NCBI RefSeq assembly: GCF_963921235.1
Contig: NC_086097.1
Location: 17,112,001 to 17,176,000, forward strand
Source of the DNA: Mobula hypostoma
Lineage: Eukaryota
Length of the DNA: 64,000 nucleotides
Direction: 5' to 3'
Part shown: one piece after another, positions 62,101-64,000 of the stretch
How positions within the stretch are numbered: the first letter of the stretch is position 1
Layout: each line of letters opens with the position of its first letter
The notes under the pieces: generated by a model
The model's input: only the letters and a program-made list of their open reading frames with translations
The model's database searches: none
Told to the model about the DNA's origin: nothing
Position numbers and translations under genes: made by a program

Positions 62101-62520
62101 CACTGGACCTGTATTCACTCAAATTCTTAAGAATGAGGGTGACCTCATTGAAACCTATTGAATGGTGAAAGTGTTTGGTGGAATGGATGTGGAGGGGATA
62201 TTTCCTATAGTGGGACAGTCTAAGACCAGAAGACATAGCCTCAGAATAGAGGGATGTCCTTTTAGAATGGAGATGAGAAAGAATTTCTTTAGCCTGAGAG
62301 TGGTGAACCTGGGGAATTCTTGCCACAAGCAGTTGTGTAGAACAAGTCTTTATGTATATTTATGGTGGAGGTTGATAGATTCTTGATTGGTTAGGGCATG
62401 AGGGATACAGGGAGAAGGCAGGAGACTGGGGCTGAGAGGAAAATTGGATTATCCATGAAGAAATGGTGGAGCATTGGGCCAAATAGTCTATTTCTGCTCC
62501 TATATCTTGTGGTTGTATGG
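59160..62520 (+). mobile_element. Nearly full-length decayed CR1 ORF2 (family D) interrupted by family X
   Basis: Endonuclease (GITESWL, MGHFN, SDHNMIEF), KSPGPD, NYRPVSLTS, LEYCVQVWAPY and 3' end; many stops. Confidence 0.88.
61317..61948 (+). mobile_element. Non-autonomous retroposon family X, copy 3
   Basis: Colinear with 44972-45650; (AATCT)2 tail; TAAAA on both flanks. Confidence 0.85.
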
Positions 62521-64000
62521 GTCAGATCTACTGTATAAGCATTTGGACAGACAGGGACTGATTCGGGGTAGTGAACATGGCATTGCGAATAGTAGGTCAC
62601 AGCTAACCAATCTTGAGTTTTTCGAGGAAATTATCAGGAAAGGTGATGAAGGCAAGGCAGTGGATAGACATCAGCAAGGCCTTTGACAAGTCCCATATGA
62701 GCGGTTGATTAAGAAGTTTCAGTGGCTTGGCATTCAAGATGAGGTAGTAAATTGGATTAGACATTGGCTTTGCAGAAAAAAACAGAGTGGTCGTAGATAT
62801 TTGCCTCTCTGACTGGAGGCCTGTGATTAGTGGTGTGATGCAGGGATCAGTGCTGGGTCCATTGTTTGTCATCTATATCAATGATCAGGATGTTAGTGTG
62901 GTAAACTGGATCATCAAATTTGCAGATGGCATCAAGATTGAGCATGTAGTGGATATTGAGAAGGTCTATCAAAGCTTGCAGTGGGATCAGGACCAAGTGT
63001 AAAAATGGCAGATAGAATTTAATGCAAGTAAGTGTGAGGTGTTGCACTTTGGGAGGTAGGTCTTACACAGTGAGCGTTAGGGTACTGAGGAGTGCATAGA
63101 ACAGAGGGATTCAGGAATATAGATCCACAATTCCTTGAATGCAGCATCACAGGTAGATAAGGTTGAAGGAGTGCAGAGAAATAGTACAAGGATGTTGCCA
63201 GTTCTTGAGGACTTGAATTAAAGAAGGAGATTGAATAGTTTAGGACTTTATTCTCTAGAACATAGAAGATTGAGGGGATATTTGATAGGGATATACAAAA
63301 TTATGAGGATATACATAGAGTGAATGCAAGCAGACTTTTCCCACTAAGGTTGGGTGAGACTACAACTTGAAGTCATGGGTTAAGGGTGAAAGGTGAAATG
63401 CTTAAAGTGAACATGAGGTGGAACTTCTTCACTCAGTGTGGTGGGAGTGTGGAATGAGCTGTTCGGGCACTGAGGAGCGCATATAACAGTTCTTCGATAT
63501 TCACTACAATGAGCAACTTGTGGATGTGGAGTTGATTCCAATATTTAAGAGAAATTTAATCACATGGGTGTAATTGAGTGGCGTGGGCTCATTGGGCTGG
63601 AAGACCCTATTATCATGCTGTATCTCTAATTAAAAATAAAATAAATATGCATTCATTTTCATGCTCACACACAACCTCACAAACACTTCCAGAAGCAGAT
63701 GTACATGCATATTCACACCCACACCCCGGAGCTCAATATTCTCAGTTAAATACTGTACGTGTACACATTCATGTTATGGTGGTGTGATGTCCAAAGTCAC
63801 CCTACTCAGAGCTACCTAACAGTGTATTTATTGAATTCAGGATGAGGTGCTCACATGCATCCAGCAGATGTGGACACGCTGTGGGAGATACAGTGTCAAC
63901 CAAACAGTCGGCCTTCAGTAGAAACTGTTTTTTTTTTGTTGTTGCCATTTTGATTTGGCTCACTCCTAAGGATGTATGGGCTGATTCTTCAGTATCCATT

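Larger units (their letters stand above)
58590..63570 (+). mobile_element. Old CR1 (58590-59155 and 62530-63570) split by a nested CR1
   Basis: Linker and DSPGSD motifs on the left continue as YKHLDRQGLI, SGVMQGSVLGP, KFAD on the right. Confidence 0.8.

Noticed and set aside
63802..64000. ORF/exon MDTEESAHTSLG at the window edge
   Set aside because: A possible donor exists near 63958-63963 but the segment is cut by the window end and cannot be assessed.
1..64000. CRISPR arrays, operons or prokaryotic defence systems
   Set aside because: No regularly spaced repeat-spacer array; all RT and nuclease motifs belong to eukaryotic transposable elements.

Overview
Eukaryotic, repeat-saturated vertebrate DNA with no prokaryotic genes, rRNA, true tRNA genes or CRISPR arrays. 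The repeat repertoire (several CR1/HER1-like LINE families with short tandem tails, HE1/V-type and Deu-type SINEs, Rex1/Babar, RTE, Penelope-like ends) points to a cartilaginous fish, probably a ray; this is inference, not a database result. Most of the window consists of nested, mostly 5'-truncated or decayed transposable elements. All long ORFs are LINE ORF2 or Tc1 transposase fragments, and no known host gene is recognisable. Most interesting: (1) a Sleeping Beauty-type Tc1 element (1386-3164) whose left end is replaced by an inverted copy of its right end plus the transposase 3' region, giving a long hairpin just downstream of an LTR (a Mu killer-like silencer candidate and a horizontal-transfer candidate); (2) a candidate minus-strand spliced transcript (13670-13763, 11575-11628, terminal exon from 9326) with alternative open frames, its 54-nt middle exon flanked by an inverted SINE pair; (3) non-autonomous element families, including a three-copy retroposon with a 3' hairpin and a composite unit bounded by two tiny Tc1-type hairpins. 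Family names rest on recalled motifs and need Dfam/Repbase confirmation; boundaries of decayed repeats are approximate.
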